Assembly (NCBI GenBank): GCA_038204565.1
Contig: JBBRCU010000008.1
Span: forward strand, 18,412-82,411
DNA: 64,000 nucleotides
Source: Candidatus Limnocylindrales bacterium
GTDB lineage: Bacteria > Chloroflexota > Limnocylindria > Limnocylindrales > CSP1-4
Direction of reading: 5' to 3'
Below are positions 9,706 to 19,572 of the stretch, in pieces (within the stretch, counting starts at the first letter, position 1; every line of letters starts with the position of its first letter). A program made the position numbers and the translations under genes. The notes under the pieces were generated by a model, which was not told where the DNA came from, did not search any database, and was given only the letters and a program-made list of their open reading frames with translations.

Positions 9706-11156
9706 AGACCGGCCCCGAGAGCAGCGGCCCGCTCGAGCAGCCGGTCCACGTCCGCGGCCGTCCAGCTCCCGCAGGCGGCGAGGAGGTCCGGAAGGACGAA
9801 CCGGTCGCGCATCAGGTGGCAGCTCCGGAGCGCCCAGCGGGCGAGCGCCGGATCGACCGCTGGCGTCAATTCCGAGAACCGGGCGGGCGCGCCGGAACGC
9901 CGAACCGCTGCCGCGAGGACCGCCGGATCGACAACGACTTCGCGGAGCGCGACCCGATGCCGTCGCCAGTCGGCAAGGAACCGCTCGAATGCCGGGCGAG
10001 CATCTGCCCACCGGGCGAGCTTGCGCTCGACGTCGCGCCAGCACTCGTCTCCGACGGAACCGCCCGGATCGAGCGCGGCGAACGCGGTCCGGACTTCGGC
10101 CTCGACGATCGAGGCCGCCGGGTAGGCCGCATCGAGGTCCACCGCAGCCGGATCGAACGTGTCGAGTGTCTCGGTCCAGGCCAGGGCGACGACGATCGCC
10201 GCGACGCCGACCTGGGCGCCGTGGAACGCGAGCAGGCGTCCCGCTGCCTCGGCGTCCATGTCGAGGAGATGGCTGACGATGTGCTCTGTGCCGGAGATCG
10301 GTGCCGTCTTGCCGGCCACGCCCAGGGCCATCCCGGACAGGGTCATGAGCCGCGACAGGAGGGCCAGGGCGGCCGGCTCGTGCTCGTGGACGGCATCGGC
10401 GGCGGCGAGGAGCGCCTCCCCCTCGCGGCGGAACATCGCGACGGGTTCGGGATGCCAGGCGGGGTCCATTCCGAGGGCGCCGGCGAGGTACCAGTCGGCG
10501 GGCGCCGTGAACATCGAGGCGAGCTCCCCGAAGCCCGCCCGGTTCATGTCGGCCGGCGCGTCCGCGATCACCCCGAGGTCGATGACGAGGGCGTCCGGCC
10601 AGCGCGACGGCGTGGTCCGCTTGACCCCGTTCCGGACGAGGACGGCCATGTCGTCGGAAAAGGCGTTCACGGAGACGGCCGTCTGGATCGCGATGAGCGG
10701 AACGTCTCCAGCCCGGTGAGTGGCGTCCTTGGCGATGTCGGTGATCGTCCCCGAGCCCACGCTGACCACGCAGCCGGCGTCGGCGATCGCCGCGTCCGCC
10801 TCGGCCAGAGCGCTGTCGTCGGCGTGGAGCTCCGTCCGGTCGAGCCCGATGACGGCCAGGCGGACCTCGGCCGGCTGCCCCGCGGCGAGCCGGTCCACGA
10901 CGAGCGGCTTGAGATCGTCAGGCCCACGGCGCATCGGCGTGGGATCGACGAGGACGACGACCGGGCCGGGTCGGCCAAGGGTCTGCACCAGCCCCGGCAC
11001 CGCGTCAAGGGCGTCCGCGCTGATCCGGATCGCGCGCATCCCGATCGGATGGAGCCGGCCCTCGGGATCTGCGGTGCGGATCCTCGCCGCGAGGCCGTCG
11101 AGATCCGTCGGGTCGGCGATGGGCCGCTCGGGCAGGTCAACGCCCTGATCAGGCAC
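9702..11156 (-). CDS. sn-glycerol-1-phosphate dehydrogenase family (EgsA/AraM-like) metal-dependent dehydrogenase
   Basis: SVGSGTITDIAK, TAVSVNAFS, ISGTEHIVSH and FHGAQVGV metal-binding motifs; start GTG at 11156. Confidence 0.82.
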   Translation of the reverse strand: MPDQGVDLPERPIADPTDLDGLAARIRTADPEGRLHPIGMRAIRISADALDAVPGLVQTLGRPGPVVVLVDPTPMRRGPDDLKPLVVDRLAAGQPAEVRLAVIGLDRTELHADDSALAEADAAIADAGCVVSVGSGTITDIAKDATHRAGDVPLIAIQTAVSVNAFSDDMAVLVRNGVKRTTPSRWPDALVIDLGVIADAPADMNRAGFGELASMFTAPADWYLAGALGMDPAWHPEPVAMFRREGEALLAAADAVHEHEPAALALLSRLMTLSGMALGVAGKTAPISGTEHIVSHLLDMDAEAAGRLLAFHGAQVGVAAIVVALAWTETLDTFDPAAVDLDAAYPAASIVEAEVRTAFAALDPGGSVGDECWRDVERKLARWADARPAFERFLADWRRHRVALREVVVDPAVLAAAVRRSGAPARFSELTPAVDPALARWALRSCHLMRDRFVLPDLLAACGSWTAADVDRLLERAAALGAGL

Positions 11157-12645
11157 GGATCGGCTCCCGCTCGAAGAGCGGCTCGACCGCGTCGTAGAGC
11201 GCCCGATAGGTCCGATAGGCGTCTTCGTATGCAGGCGCGACCGATGGATCCGGCACATACACCTCGTCCTCGAGCCGGACGAGGGCGTCGGCCGCCTCAT
11301 CCAGAGATCCGAAGGTGCCAGCCGCCACTGCCCCGATCATCGTTGCCCCGAGCGCCGTCGCTTCGGGGTGGACGACGCGCCGAACCGGCTTGCCGGTCAC
11401 GTCCGCCTTGAGCTGGAGCAGCAGATCGCTCTTGGAGCCGCCGCCGACGACGCGGATCTCGCCGTCGCCGAGCCCGAGCTCCGCGAACCGATCGACGATG
11501 TCGCGGAGGCCGAACGCGCAGCCCTCGAACACGGCGCGAGCGAGGTGGCCCATTCCGTGGGCCATCGACAGGCCGTGGAAGACGCCGCGGGCCTTGCCAT
11601 TCCAGCGCGGCGTCATCGCCCCCGACAAGGCCGGGATGAAGATCGCCCCGTCCGACCCGGGCGCGACATCGGCAGCGAGAGCGCACAGCTCTTCGAAGGT
11701 CGTCCGGCCGATCGTGTCGTTGAACCAGCGGACGCTGCCGCCCGAGACGAAACCCGGGTTCTCGATCAGCCAGCTCCGCGGGTCAGCGTGGGCGTGGGTC
11801 TCGACCAGTCCGGAATGGTCGAACACCGGCTCGCCCGAGGCGACCGCGACCGGCTCCGCTGTGCCGGCGATGTCGCAGATGGGCCCGGCAGCGAGGACGC
11901 CCGCACCGAGGCTCGCTGCATGCTCGTCGCCGGTGCCGACGGCGACGACGCAGGCCGTCGTCAGTCCCAGTTGTGCCGCCGCGGCTGCGGTCAGGGTCCC
12001 GGCCACGGCCGTCGACGCGGCGACGAGCGGAAGCCGGTCCAGGTCGAGCCCGGCCGCCTGGAGCAGCTCGTCAGACCAGTCTCGGGCGCGGACGTCGTAG
12101 AGGAGGGTCGACGAGGCGTTGGCGTGATCGACAACGGCGTTGCCGGTCAGCCGGGCCACGGCCCAGCTGCCCGGGAGATGGAACGTCGCGGTGCGATCGT
12201 AGGCGCCCCGGGAGTGGGCCCGGAGCCACAGGATCTTTGGCGCGACATGGCTCGAGTCGAGGTTTAGGCCCGATCGCGCGAACAGCTCGTCCGCGGGGAT
12301 TATCCGGCCGAGGGCAGCCGCCTCGTCCTCGGCCCGCCGGTCGAGCCAGATGATCGCGGGATGGAGGTCGGCGCCGGTTGCGTCGACAGGCACGACGCCG
12401 TCCACCTGGCTCGCCAGCGCCATGGCCGTCACGTCGGCAGACGCGAGACGGGCGGTCGACACGAGCTCTCCGATCACCTCCCGGATCGCCGTCCACCAGT
12501 CGGCCGGATCCTGCTGGGCCCAAGCGGGGAATGGGTAGGCAGTGGCATACGAGCGAGCAGCCTCGCCGACCAAGTTCCCGGCAGGATCGAGCAGCAGGCC
12601 CTTGAGGCTCTGCGAGCCGAGATCGATCCCGATGACATGACCCAA
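11149..12645 (-). CDS. FGGY-family carbohydrate kinase (xylulokinase-like)
   Basis: IGIDLGSQSLK, IIWLDRRA, PKILWL, GTGDE, ARAVFEG and VGGGSKS motifs. Confidence 0.92.
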   Translation of the reverse strand: MGHVIGIDLGSQSLKGLLLDPAGNLVGEAARSYATAYPFPAWAQQDPADWWTAIREVIGELVSTARLASADVTAMALASQVDGVVPVDATGADLHPAIIWLDRRAEDEAAALGRIIPADELFARSGLNLDSSHVAPKILWLRAHSRGAYDRTATFHLPGSWAVARLTGNAVVDHANASSTLLYDVRARDWSDELLQAAGLDLDRLPLVAASTAVAGTLTAAAAAQLGLTTACVVAVGTGDEHAASLGAGVLAAGPICDIAGTAEPVAVASGEPVFDHSGLVETHAHADPRSWLIENPGFVSGGSVRWFNDTIGRTTFEELCALAADVAPGSDGAIFIPALSGAMTPRWNGKARGVFHGLSMAHGMGHLARAVFEGCAFGLRDIVDRFAELGLGDGEIRVVGGGSKSDLLLQLKADVTGKPVRRVVHPEATALGATMIGAVAAGTFGSLDEAADALVRLEDEVYVPDPSVAPAYEDAYRTYRALYDAVEPLFEREPIRA

Positions 12646-12759
12646 TGTAGCGACCCCCTGTGTCCTTCCGGGGCACGCGACTGGCGTGCCGGGCCCTGGA
12701 GCCGGACCAGGTGCGTCGCGGCGGCGCGCCTGGTCCGGGGCGTGGTTTGCCGATGACGG

Positions 12760-14202
12760 CTAGGCGCCCTCGTACTCGGCGCCGAGGATCTTGCCCGCCT
12801 CGCGCAGCTCGTTCGGGCGGTTCTTCTCGAGCCAGAACGCGATGACGACGCTGATGCCGATGTAGCCGATGACCAGGTACGGGAAGAGGTTGTACGGGAA
12901 ATCCGGGATCGGCCACAGGAGCCCGTAGATCGGGATGGCCATGAGCAGGATCCCGGCAATCGGCAGGATGAGGTGCTTGATGACGTTGAACTCGCTCGGG
13001 TAGTTGCTCCGGAAATAGCGGATGACAGCGATGTTCACCAGGATGTACACCGGAATGATCCCGAGGGTCAGGATCGTCCCAAGGTAGCCATACGTGTTGA
13101 ACGGGCCGGCAATCAACCCGAGGACGACGGCGAGGATCCCGGAGCCGACAGACTGGACGATGATCGCCATCTGGGGGGTCGAGTACTTGCCGTTGATTGT
13201 CCCGAGGAACGCCGGCAGCAGCTTCTCGCGGCCCATCGCATAGATGATCCGGGTGACACCGTTGTGGGACGAGATCATCACCCCGAACATGCTCGACGCA
13301 CCGGCGATGTCGACGAGGACGCGGAACCAGTCCGGGCTGTAGCGCTGGGCGAGGGTATCGAACGGGGCTCCATCGGCTTGGAGCACGCTGATGGTCGACA
13401 CGCCGAAGCCGAGGGTCTCGGCCCAGGTGGCGAACAGGTAGATCACGCCGACAAGGAGGGTCGCCCCGAAGATCGCCCGCGGGACGTTGACACGCGGGTT
13501 GTCGACCTCTTCACCGAGCGTTGCAGCCCCCTCGAAGCCGACGAACGACAGGATCCCGAAGACGAGTCCCAGGGCGATCCCGCTGATTCCGTTCGGCGAC
13601 TGGCCCGGGTCGAACGGCTTGAGGTTGATGCCCTCGGCGCCGCCCTTGCCGAGGATGAGGACGCACAGGACGAGGATCACGCCGACCTCGATGCCGAAGG
13701 CGATCAGCGCGGTCTCCATCGAGATCCGGATCCCGCGGATCGAGAGCACGAACGTCGTGACCCAGAAGATGGCGGCGATGATCAGCCAGCTGACGTCGTA
13801 TCCGAAGCGGAGCAGGACGTTGCTGATCCAGTAGCCGATCAGGGCCAGCTCGGCGGGCTCGAGGAGCGAGTAACCCAGGAACATCAGGGTGCCTGTCACG
13901 AACCCGGCCTTCGGCCCGATCCCACGCGTGACGTACGTGTAGAACGCGCCCGCGGCTGGGAGCTTGCGGGCCATCTCGGCGACGCCGTTCGCGACGATCA
14001 AGGCAGCGATCAGCGCGACGAGGTAGACGAACGGCAGCGCGGCGCCCGCGTTCTTGGCCGTGAACTGGGTGTTGAAGTAGGTCGAGACCGCCGGGCCCAT
14101 GATCGTGGCCGACAGCATGATCGCCGCGACGAGCCCGACGGCGTTCTTGCGAAGGCCGGGCGTGGCGATGGAGCCGTCTGCCGGAGCCGTGATTCCTGTC
14201 AT
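12760..14202 (-). CDS. APC family amino acid/amine permease
   Basis: About 12 TMs; AGAFYTYV and FVGFEGAATLGEE motifs; strong SD. Confidence 0.9.
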   Translation of the reverse strand: MTGITAPADGSIATPGLRKNAVGLVAAIMLSATIMGPAVSTYFNTQFTAKNAGAALPFVYLVALIAALIVANGVAEMARKLPAAGAFYTYVTRGIGPKAGFVTGTLMFLGYSLLEPAELALIGYWISNVLLRFGYDVSWLIIAAIFWVTTFVLSIRGIRISMETALIAFGIEVGVILVLCVLILGKGGAEGINLKPFDPGQSPNGISGIALGLVFGILSFVGFEGAATLGEEVDNPRVNVPRAIFGATLLVGVIYLFATWAETLGFGVSTISVLQADGAPFDTLAQRYSPDWFRVLVDIAGASSMFGVMISSHNGVTRIIYAMGREKLLPAFLGTINGKYSTPQMAIIVQSVGSGILAVVLGLIAGPFNTYGYLGTILTLGIIPVYILVNIAVIRYFRSNYPSEFNVIKHLILPIAGILLMAIPIYGLLWPIPDFPYNLFPYLVIGYIGISVVIAFWLEKNRPNELREAGKILGAEYEGA

Positions 14203-14318
14203 GGAAGCTTCCTCACTCCTCCCACCTGTGCGTCCCGCCGCAGGCCGCGGTTCGGGTTGTCAATGAGACGCTGGGATGCCGGCCGCGGCCGGGACATATG
14301 GGGTGCCGAGCCCCGGGT

Positions 14319-15080
14319 TCATCGCCGGCTTCCGGGTCCCCTCCGATAGACGCGGAACTGGAAGATGTCGGGCTGATGCCGCTCGCGCGAGAACAGAACG
14401 GGCTGGTCCTCGACGGTGAAATCGATCTGCTCGATCAACACCACCAGCGAGCCTGCCTTCATCGTCAGCCGCCGAGCGACGTCGCCGAGCGCGCGAGCCG
14501 GGCGAATGTCGGCGATCCCGTGGTGGACGGCCAGGCCGAGCCGGTCGAGGACGTCGTAGAGGGCCTCCGTCGCGAGTGCCGCCGCGAGATCCTCGGCCCC
14601 GAAGCCGGCCGACGCGAGTCGATCAGCGGCTAGCACATCCTCGACGGCAACGACCGGCCGGCCGTCAGCAAGCCGGGTCCGTTGGACCACCACGACGCCC
14701 GCGCCGCGCTCCACCTCGAGGGCAGCCGCCTCCTCTCGATTCGCGCCCCGCTGCTCGAGGGTCACGTCCGCGGTTCCGGGCGTCCAACCGGCCGCTGCAA
14801 TAAGGTCGGTGACGCCGGAGTTGACATTGAGGTTGTTGCGGAGCGTGGTGGCCTGGCCGGTGACGAACGTGCCACGACCCTGGCGTCGCCGCACGAATCC
14901 AGCTTCTTCCAGCTCGGTCACGGCCTGTCGAATCGTCGCCCGGCTCACCCCCATCCGCCGGGCCAGCTCCGGCTCTGACGGGAGGCGGCCGTCCGCGCCG
15001 AGGGCGCGGGCCTCGATCGATCGCCGAAGGTCCTCGGCGACGACGGCGGCCAGATTTGGCGGGTGCTGCAGCGGTGGCAC
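14319..15080 (-). CDS. GntR family transcriptional regulator (HutC/UTRA type)
   Basis: LPSEPELARRMGVSRATIRQA...RRQGRGTFV HTH plus UTRA-like C-terminus. Confidence 0.92.
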   Translation of the reverse strand: MPPLQHPPNLAAVVAEDLRRSIEARALGADGRLPSEPELARRMGVSRATIRQAVTELEEAGFVRRRQGRGTFVTGQATTLRNNLNVNSGVTDLIAAAGWTPGTADVTLEQRGANREEAAALEVERGAGVVVVQRTRLADGRPVVAVEDVLAADRLASAGFGAEDLAAALATEALYDVLDRLGLAVHHGIADIRPARALGDVARRLTMKAGSLVVLIEQIDFTVEDQPVLFSRERHQPDIFQFRVYRRGPGSRR

Positions 15081-15138
15081 GGTGACGGCGCGGTCCCCCT
15101 GCGAACAAAGACGCCGCCATGATAGGCCGTCATGTCAA

Positions 15139-15157
15139 CAGGTTGTCTGACAACCTG
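15139..15157. promoter_or_regulatory. Perfect palindrome, probable GntR operator
   Basis: CAGGTTGTC-T-GACAACCTG about 60 bp upstream of gntR, near a minus-strand TATCAT; fits the GT-N-AC core of GntR boxes. Confidence 0.7.
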
Positions 15158-15251
15158 ACGAGCCAGGCGTCGGACCCGAACGGACGTTGGGGCGGGGACC
15201 AGTCCGACGGCGACCCCAAGGCCGCCGTCGGGCCAGGACCGCCGTCAGGCT

Positions 15252-15662
15252 CTAGGCGTGTTCGTCGTCCGCGTCCGCTTCGGCCTTGGTCTGGTGGATC
15301 GTCCCGGGCGCATGCTGCGGGGGTGCGTAGATCGTGTACAGCTTGAGGTCGACGGCACCCTCGTTCTGGATGTCGTGGGACGTTCCGGCCGGGACATGGA
15401 CGAGAATTCCGGCCGAGATCGGTGATCGCTCCCCGTCGATGATGGCGCAGCCCACGCCCGCAACGACGACGAAGACCTGGTCGACCTTGGCGTGAGTCTC
15501 CTCGCCGATCGAGCCATCGGGTGGGATCGACATCACGACGACCTGGGCATTCGGCCCGGTCGAGACGACCTCACGGAAGGCGTCGTTGCGGGTGGCGCGG
15601 TCGAGGATGTCGATCCCTGCGTGGGCGAGCGGATGCGGGGCGTCGTCGGTCATGGCGGTCAT
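15252..15662 (-). CDS. Cupin domain protein
   Basis: IGEETH..VDQ, VPAGTSHDIQN and LYTIYAPPQH motifs. Confidence 0.88.
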   Translation of the reverse strand: MTAMTDDAPHPLAHAGIDILDRATRNDAFREVVSTGPNAQVVVMSIPPDGSIGEETHAKVDQVFVVVAGVGCAIIDGERSPISAGILVHVPAGTSHDIQNEGAVDLKLYTIYAPPQHAPGTIHQTKAEADADDEHA

Positions 15663-15728
15663 CGGTGCTCCTTTGAACCTGACAGTCGATCCGGCAGCCG
15701 CTGGGCGCCAGTGCCGAACGGACCGAGT

Positions 15729-16541
15729 TCACCGTAGGTCGTGGACGACCCACACGTTCTGGTCGTAGTAGACCCCATCGCCGCGCTCGAGATCGACGAG
15801 AAGCGGCGAGGTCGCGGTCGGCAGGAGATACTCGCCGCTGTCGGGGAATGCCAGCCCCGTCCACGCTTCCCAGTCCGCGATCGGAGCGCGGATCTCCATT
15901 GAGCGCGGCGCGGCGCGGACCATCCGGCCGCCGAGCCGCACATGGAGCCGGATCCACGGATCGAACGGCAGCCCGTCGTCGCGGGTCCACGTGGCGTAGC
16001 GCTCGATCGGGATGAGCGGGTAGCGATGTTTCTCGGTCGGCCGGACGCAGGCGATCACCGCCCGAAAGCCGGCCGCCAGCCCGGCGGCCTGCATCGCACC
16101 GAGCATCGTCCCGGACAGGCCGCCGCCGCGGGCCGAGCGGCCGACGACGATGAGCATCGCTCCGAGGGTCGTCGCCGCGCGCCCAGCATCGACGTCGGCC
16201 GCGCTTCGGAGGACCTGCTCGTCCCAGCTGTCCGGGAGGTCCGCGTCGCTGCCGTCCCAGGCCAGCGGCATCGCGTTAGACGTCGCGACGACCGCGCCCG
16301 CCGCGTCGAGGAGGACGAGCTGGTGATCGGGCCAGTCCGTGTGGGCCCGCGGGAACATCCGGTTCGCGACCTCGCTCTCGGTCATGAACGATTCCCACAG
16401 CCCGGCGTGATGGGCGTCGACCGCCGCGTCCAGGTCCGGGCGCTCGGTCAGGGTGGTGAGCGTGTGACCGGCCGGCAGGACGAGGCCGTGGGCGCGGAGG
16501 TGCGCCTCGACCGCACCCGGCCCGGTCGCGGAGGTCGTCAT
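15729..16541 (-). CDS. GNAT-family N-acetyltransferase-like protein
   Basis: ARGGGLS acetyl-CoA motif; VRPT.K.RYP and DPWIRLHVRLG family motifs; 3 nt downstream of serS. Confidence 0.75.
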   Translation of the reverse strand: MTTSATGPGAVEAHLRAHGLVLPAGHTLTTLTERPDLDAAVDAHHAGLWESFMTESEVANRMFPRAHTDWPDHQLVLLDAAGAVVATSNAMPLAWDGSDADLPDSWDEQVLRSAADVDAGRAATTLGAMLIVVGRSARGGGLSGTMLGAMQAAGLAAGFRAVIACVRPTEKHRYPLIPIERYATWTRDDGLPFDPWIRLHVRLGGRMVRAAPRSMEIRAPIADWEAWTGLAFPDSGEYLLPTATSPLLVDLERGDGVYYDQNVWVVHDLR

Positions 16542-16544
16542 CGG

Positions 16545-17891
16545 TCAGTCTCGGGAGACGATCGCATCGCGGCCGAGGTACGGCCGGAGGACCTCCGGGA
16601 CCTCGACGGTGCCGTCCGGCCGCTGGTACGTCTCGAGGATGGCCGCGACCACCCGGGCGAGGGCCAGACCGGACCCGTTGAGGGTGTGGACCAGCTCAGG
16701 CTTGGCGCCCGGCTCTCGCCGCCAGCGGATCGCCATCCGGCGCGCCTGGTAGTCGCGGAAGTTCGAGCAGGAGCTGACTTCGAGCCACTTCTCGACACCG
16801 GGCGACCAGACCTCGATGTCGTACTTCTTCGCCTGGACGAACCCCATCTCTTTCGTCGCCATCAGCAGCACGCGGTACGGGAGGCCGAGCCGCTGGAGGA
16901 GAATCTCGGCCCGCTCTGTCAGCCACTCAAGGGCCGCTGCCGACTCGTCCGGCTTTTCGAAGAACACCATCTCGACCTTGTCGAACTGGTGGACGCGGAG
17001 GATTCCCCGGGTGTCCTTGCCGGCGGCGCCCGCCTCCCGCCGGAAGCACGGCGAGTACGCTGCATAGCGGATCGGCAGCTGGTCCGCATCGAGGATCTCG
17101 TCGCGGTGGAGGTTCGTGACCGGGACCTCGGCCGTCGGGACCAAATACAGCTCGTCGCGGGTGACCACGTACATCTGGTCTTCCTTGTCCGGGATCTGAC
17201 CGGTCCCGATCGCCGACGCCGTGTTGACGACTGCCGGTGGCCAGACCTCGGTCATCCCGTTCTCGCGGGTGTGGACGTCCATGAAGAAGTTGATCAGGGC
17301 GCGCTGGAGGGCCGATCCGGCGCCCTTATAGACCGGGAAGCCGGAGCCGGCGATCTTCGCTCCGCGCGGGTTGTCGATGATGTCGAGGTCGGCTGCGATC
17401 TCCCAGTGGGGGCGGCGGCGCCACGTTGCGCCGCCGATTGGCGCATCCGCACCGACCTCGCCGACGATCGGCTGGTCGATCGGGAGCAGCTCGCCCCAGG
17501 TCCGGACGGTGACGTTGGCATCCTCGCCGCCGACCGGGACATCCGGGTCCGCCGGGTTCGGGATGCGCAGGAGGAGCTGCTCGACCTCGGCCTCGACCGT
17601 GGCCAGCTCCGCGTCGATCGCCTCGATCCTGCGGCCGGCATCGACCGAGGTGGCCTTGAGGCCCGCGACCTCGGGGCCGTCCGGCCGGGCGCCGCCCTTG
17701 ATCGCCTCGCCGACCTGCCTGCTCGTCGCGTTCCGCTCCGCCTTGAGCGTGTCGCCGTCGCCGAGGAGGGTGCGACGGCGCCCGTCGAGCTCGAGGGCGC
17801 GATCGACGATCGTCGGGTCCTCGCCCTTGTCGATCGCGCCGCGCCGGATCGTGTCGGCGTCCTCGCGGAGACGCTGCAGCCCGACGCTCAT
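16545..17891 (-). CDS. serS: Serine--tRNA ligase
   Basis: LVPTAEV, CFRREAG, RVHQFDKVE, EVSSCSN and HTLNGSGLA motifs; start MSVGL overlaps the lysS stop. Confidence 0.97.
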   Translation of the reverse strand: MSVGLQRLREDADTIRRGAIDKGEDPTIVDRALELDGRRRTLLGDGDTLKAERNATSRQVGEAIKGGARPDGPEVAGLKATSVDAGRRIEAIDAELATVEAEVEQLLLRIPNPADPDVPVGGEDANVTVRTWGELLPIDQPIVGEVGADAPIGGATWRRRPHWEIAADLDIIDNPRGAKIAGSGFPVYKGAGSALQRALINFFMDVHTRENGMTEVWPPAVVNTASAIGTGQIPDKEDQMYVVTRDELYLVPTAEVPVTNLHRDEILDADQLPIRYAAYSPCFRREAGAAGKDTRGILRVHQFDKVEMVFFEKPDESAAALEWLTERAEILLQRLGLPYRVLLMATKEMGFVQAKKYDIEVWSPGVEKWLEVSSCSNFRDYQARRMAIRWRREPGAKPELVHTLNGSGLALARVVAAILETYQRPDGTVEVPEVLRPYLGRDAIVSRD

Positions 17892-19504
17892 ACCGATACC
17901 TCGGTCGTGCGGGCCGCCGCTGCACTCAGGAGGCGGTCGATCACGAACGTCACCTCGAGGGAGGCCAGCAGCCAACCGGCCCGAGGCCCGTTCGTCCGGC
18001 CGAGGAACGCGGCGTAGAGCGCCGCGAACGCCTTGCCGTTCGGAAGACCGGTCTCGCCCGCAACGCTGAAGATCAGATCCTGCCACGCCTCACCGGAGGC
18101 AGGCGGCGCGGCCAACGCCAGCGCGGCGGCGGCGAGCGAACCGAGGTAGCGGCGCTGCGACTCCTCGAGGGCGGCGAGCGCCGCCGCGGGGAGAAACTCG
18201 CGGACCGCCACGACGGCCCGTTCCGGCGCGTACATCTCGAGCCAGGCCCGAGCGGCACGAACCCGCTCCTCGAACGTCGCGGCCTCGGGCTCGGTCAGAT
18301 CGCTCCCCTTCTCCGCCGCGACCCGTGCTGCAAGGTCGACGTTCGGGATCTGGAGGAGCAGCGCAAGGTGCGAGAACGCCGGCCGGAACGCGGCGGCCTC
18401 GGCCTGGAGATCCGCCGCCGGATCGAGCAGGGAGTAGGCAAACGTCCCCTCGAACCCGGGCGCGATCTCGCCGCGGACCTCCTTGCCGGCCGTCGCCGCG
18501 GCAAACCGGTCGAACTCGTCGAAGAGGCGCGGCACGGCATCGGTCTGGTTCGGCTCGAAGTCGACCGCGGAGTTGGGCTTGGGCCGCAGGAAGAAGAAGC
18601 GGAGCTGCTCGGGCGGGATGACCTCGACGATCTCGTGGGCGGCGGCGCCGCGGCCCTTGGAGGTCGACATCTTCTTGCCGCCGATGTTGATGAACTCGTA
18701 GGGGACGTTGAGGGGCGGTTCCCGCTCGAAGACCTCACGAGCGATCGCGTCCGACCGGTCGCGCGAGCCGCCGGCGGTGGAGAGATCCTTGCCGCAGGGC
18801 TCGATCGTGACCCCGAGGAGCGACCACTGGGCGGCCCACTCGAGGTTCCACGGGAGCTTCGCCCGGCCGCCGAACGGGGCGACCCAGCCGGAATGGCCGC
18901 AGCCGCGGGCCCACTCGACCAGCGTCTCACGGCACTCGTAGAAGACCCGCTCGCCATCCCATTTGGTGACGATCGTCGTGCCGATCTTGCCGCAGTTCTC
19001 GCAGATGACGTTGATCGGGTGCCAGGCGCCGGAGTGCTGGACGTTGGCGACGCGCCGGTAGATGTCGCGAACCACCTGAGCCCGGTCGAGCGCGGTCCGG
19101 ATGAAGCCGTCCATCTGCCCGGTCGGATAGATGTCGCTCATCCAGTAGTAGCGCTCGGGAACGATCCCGAGACCCTTGAACGTCTCGATGAAGATGCCGG
19201 CGAAGTGGCGGGCGTAGCTGGCGTGGCAATCGCCGACAGGATCCGGGACGTGGGCCAGCGGACGACCCATCTCGCGGTCGATTGCGTCCGGGGTCAGGAG
19301 CGCCTGGGCGTCCATCGGATCGAGGTCGTCGACGCCGTACAGGAGGTGCGCCTCGAGGCCGCGGGCACGCAACGCCCGCCAGATCGTGTCGAGGATGACC
19401 GGACCGCGAAGCGAGCCGACGTGAACCGTCCCCGACGGCGTCTTGCTGTCGTTGACGATCTGCGCTCCGCTGACGCTGGCGGCAAGTTCGTCCGCCCAGT
19501 CCAT
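17888..19504 (-). CDS. lysS: Lysine--tRNA ligase, class I
   Basis: TPSGTVHVGS (HIGH-like), KMSTSKG (KMSKS-like), CENCG zinc site, KLPW, EPCGKDL and GPRAG motifs. Confidence 0.92.
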   Translation of the reverse strand: MDWADELAASVSGAQIVNDSKTPSGTVHVGSLRGPVILDTIWRALRARGLEAHLLYGVDDLDPMDAQALLTPDAIDREMGRPLAHVPDPVGDCHASYARHFAGIFIETFKGLGIVPERYYWMSDIYPTGQMDGFIRTALDRAQVVRDIYRRVANVQHSGAWHPINVICENCGKIGTTIVTKWDGERVFYECRETLVEWARGCGHSGWVAPFGGRAKLPWNLEWAAQWSLLGVTIEPCGKDLSTAGGSRDRSDAIAREVFEREPPLNVPYEFINIGGKKMSTSKGRGAAAHEIVEVIPPEQLRFFFLRPKPNSAVDFEPNQTDAVPRLFDEFDRFAAATAGKEVRGEIAPGFEGTFAYSLLDPAADLQAEAAAFRPAFSHLALLLQIPNVDLAARVAAEKGSDLTEPEAATFEERVRAARAWLEMYAPERAVVAVREFLPAAALAALEESQRRYLGSLAAAALALAAPPASGEAWQDLIFSVAGETGLPNGKAFAALYAAFLGRTNGPRAGWLLASLEVTFVIDRLLSAAAARTTEVSV

Positions 19505-19572
19505 GCTCTGCGATCCCTTCCGGTGCCCCGCCGGGCCATCCGGCCCGGGCGAGCCGGCGGCTCGGTCCGGAC

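Noticed and set aside
8123-11156. G1P dehydrogenase plus TIM barrel as archaeal-type ether-lipid (GGGP synthase/PcrB) genes
   Set aside because: The barrel lacks recognisable GGGPS motifs (YLEAGSG/YLEYSG, GGGI), there is no prenyltransferase nearby, and the context is catabolic.
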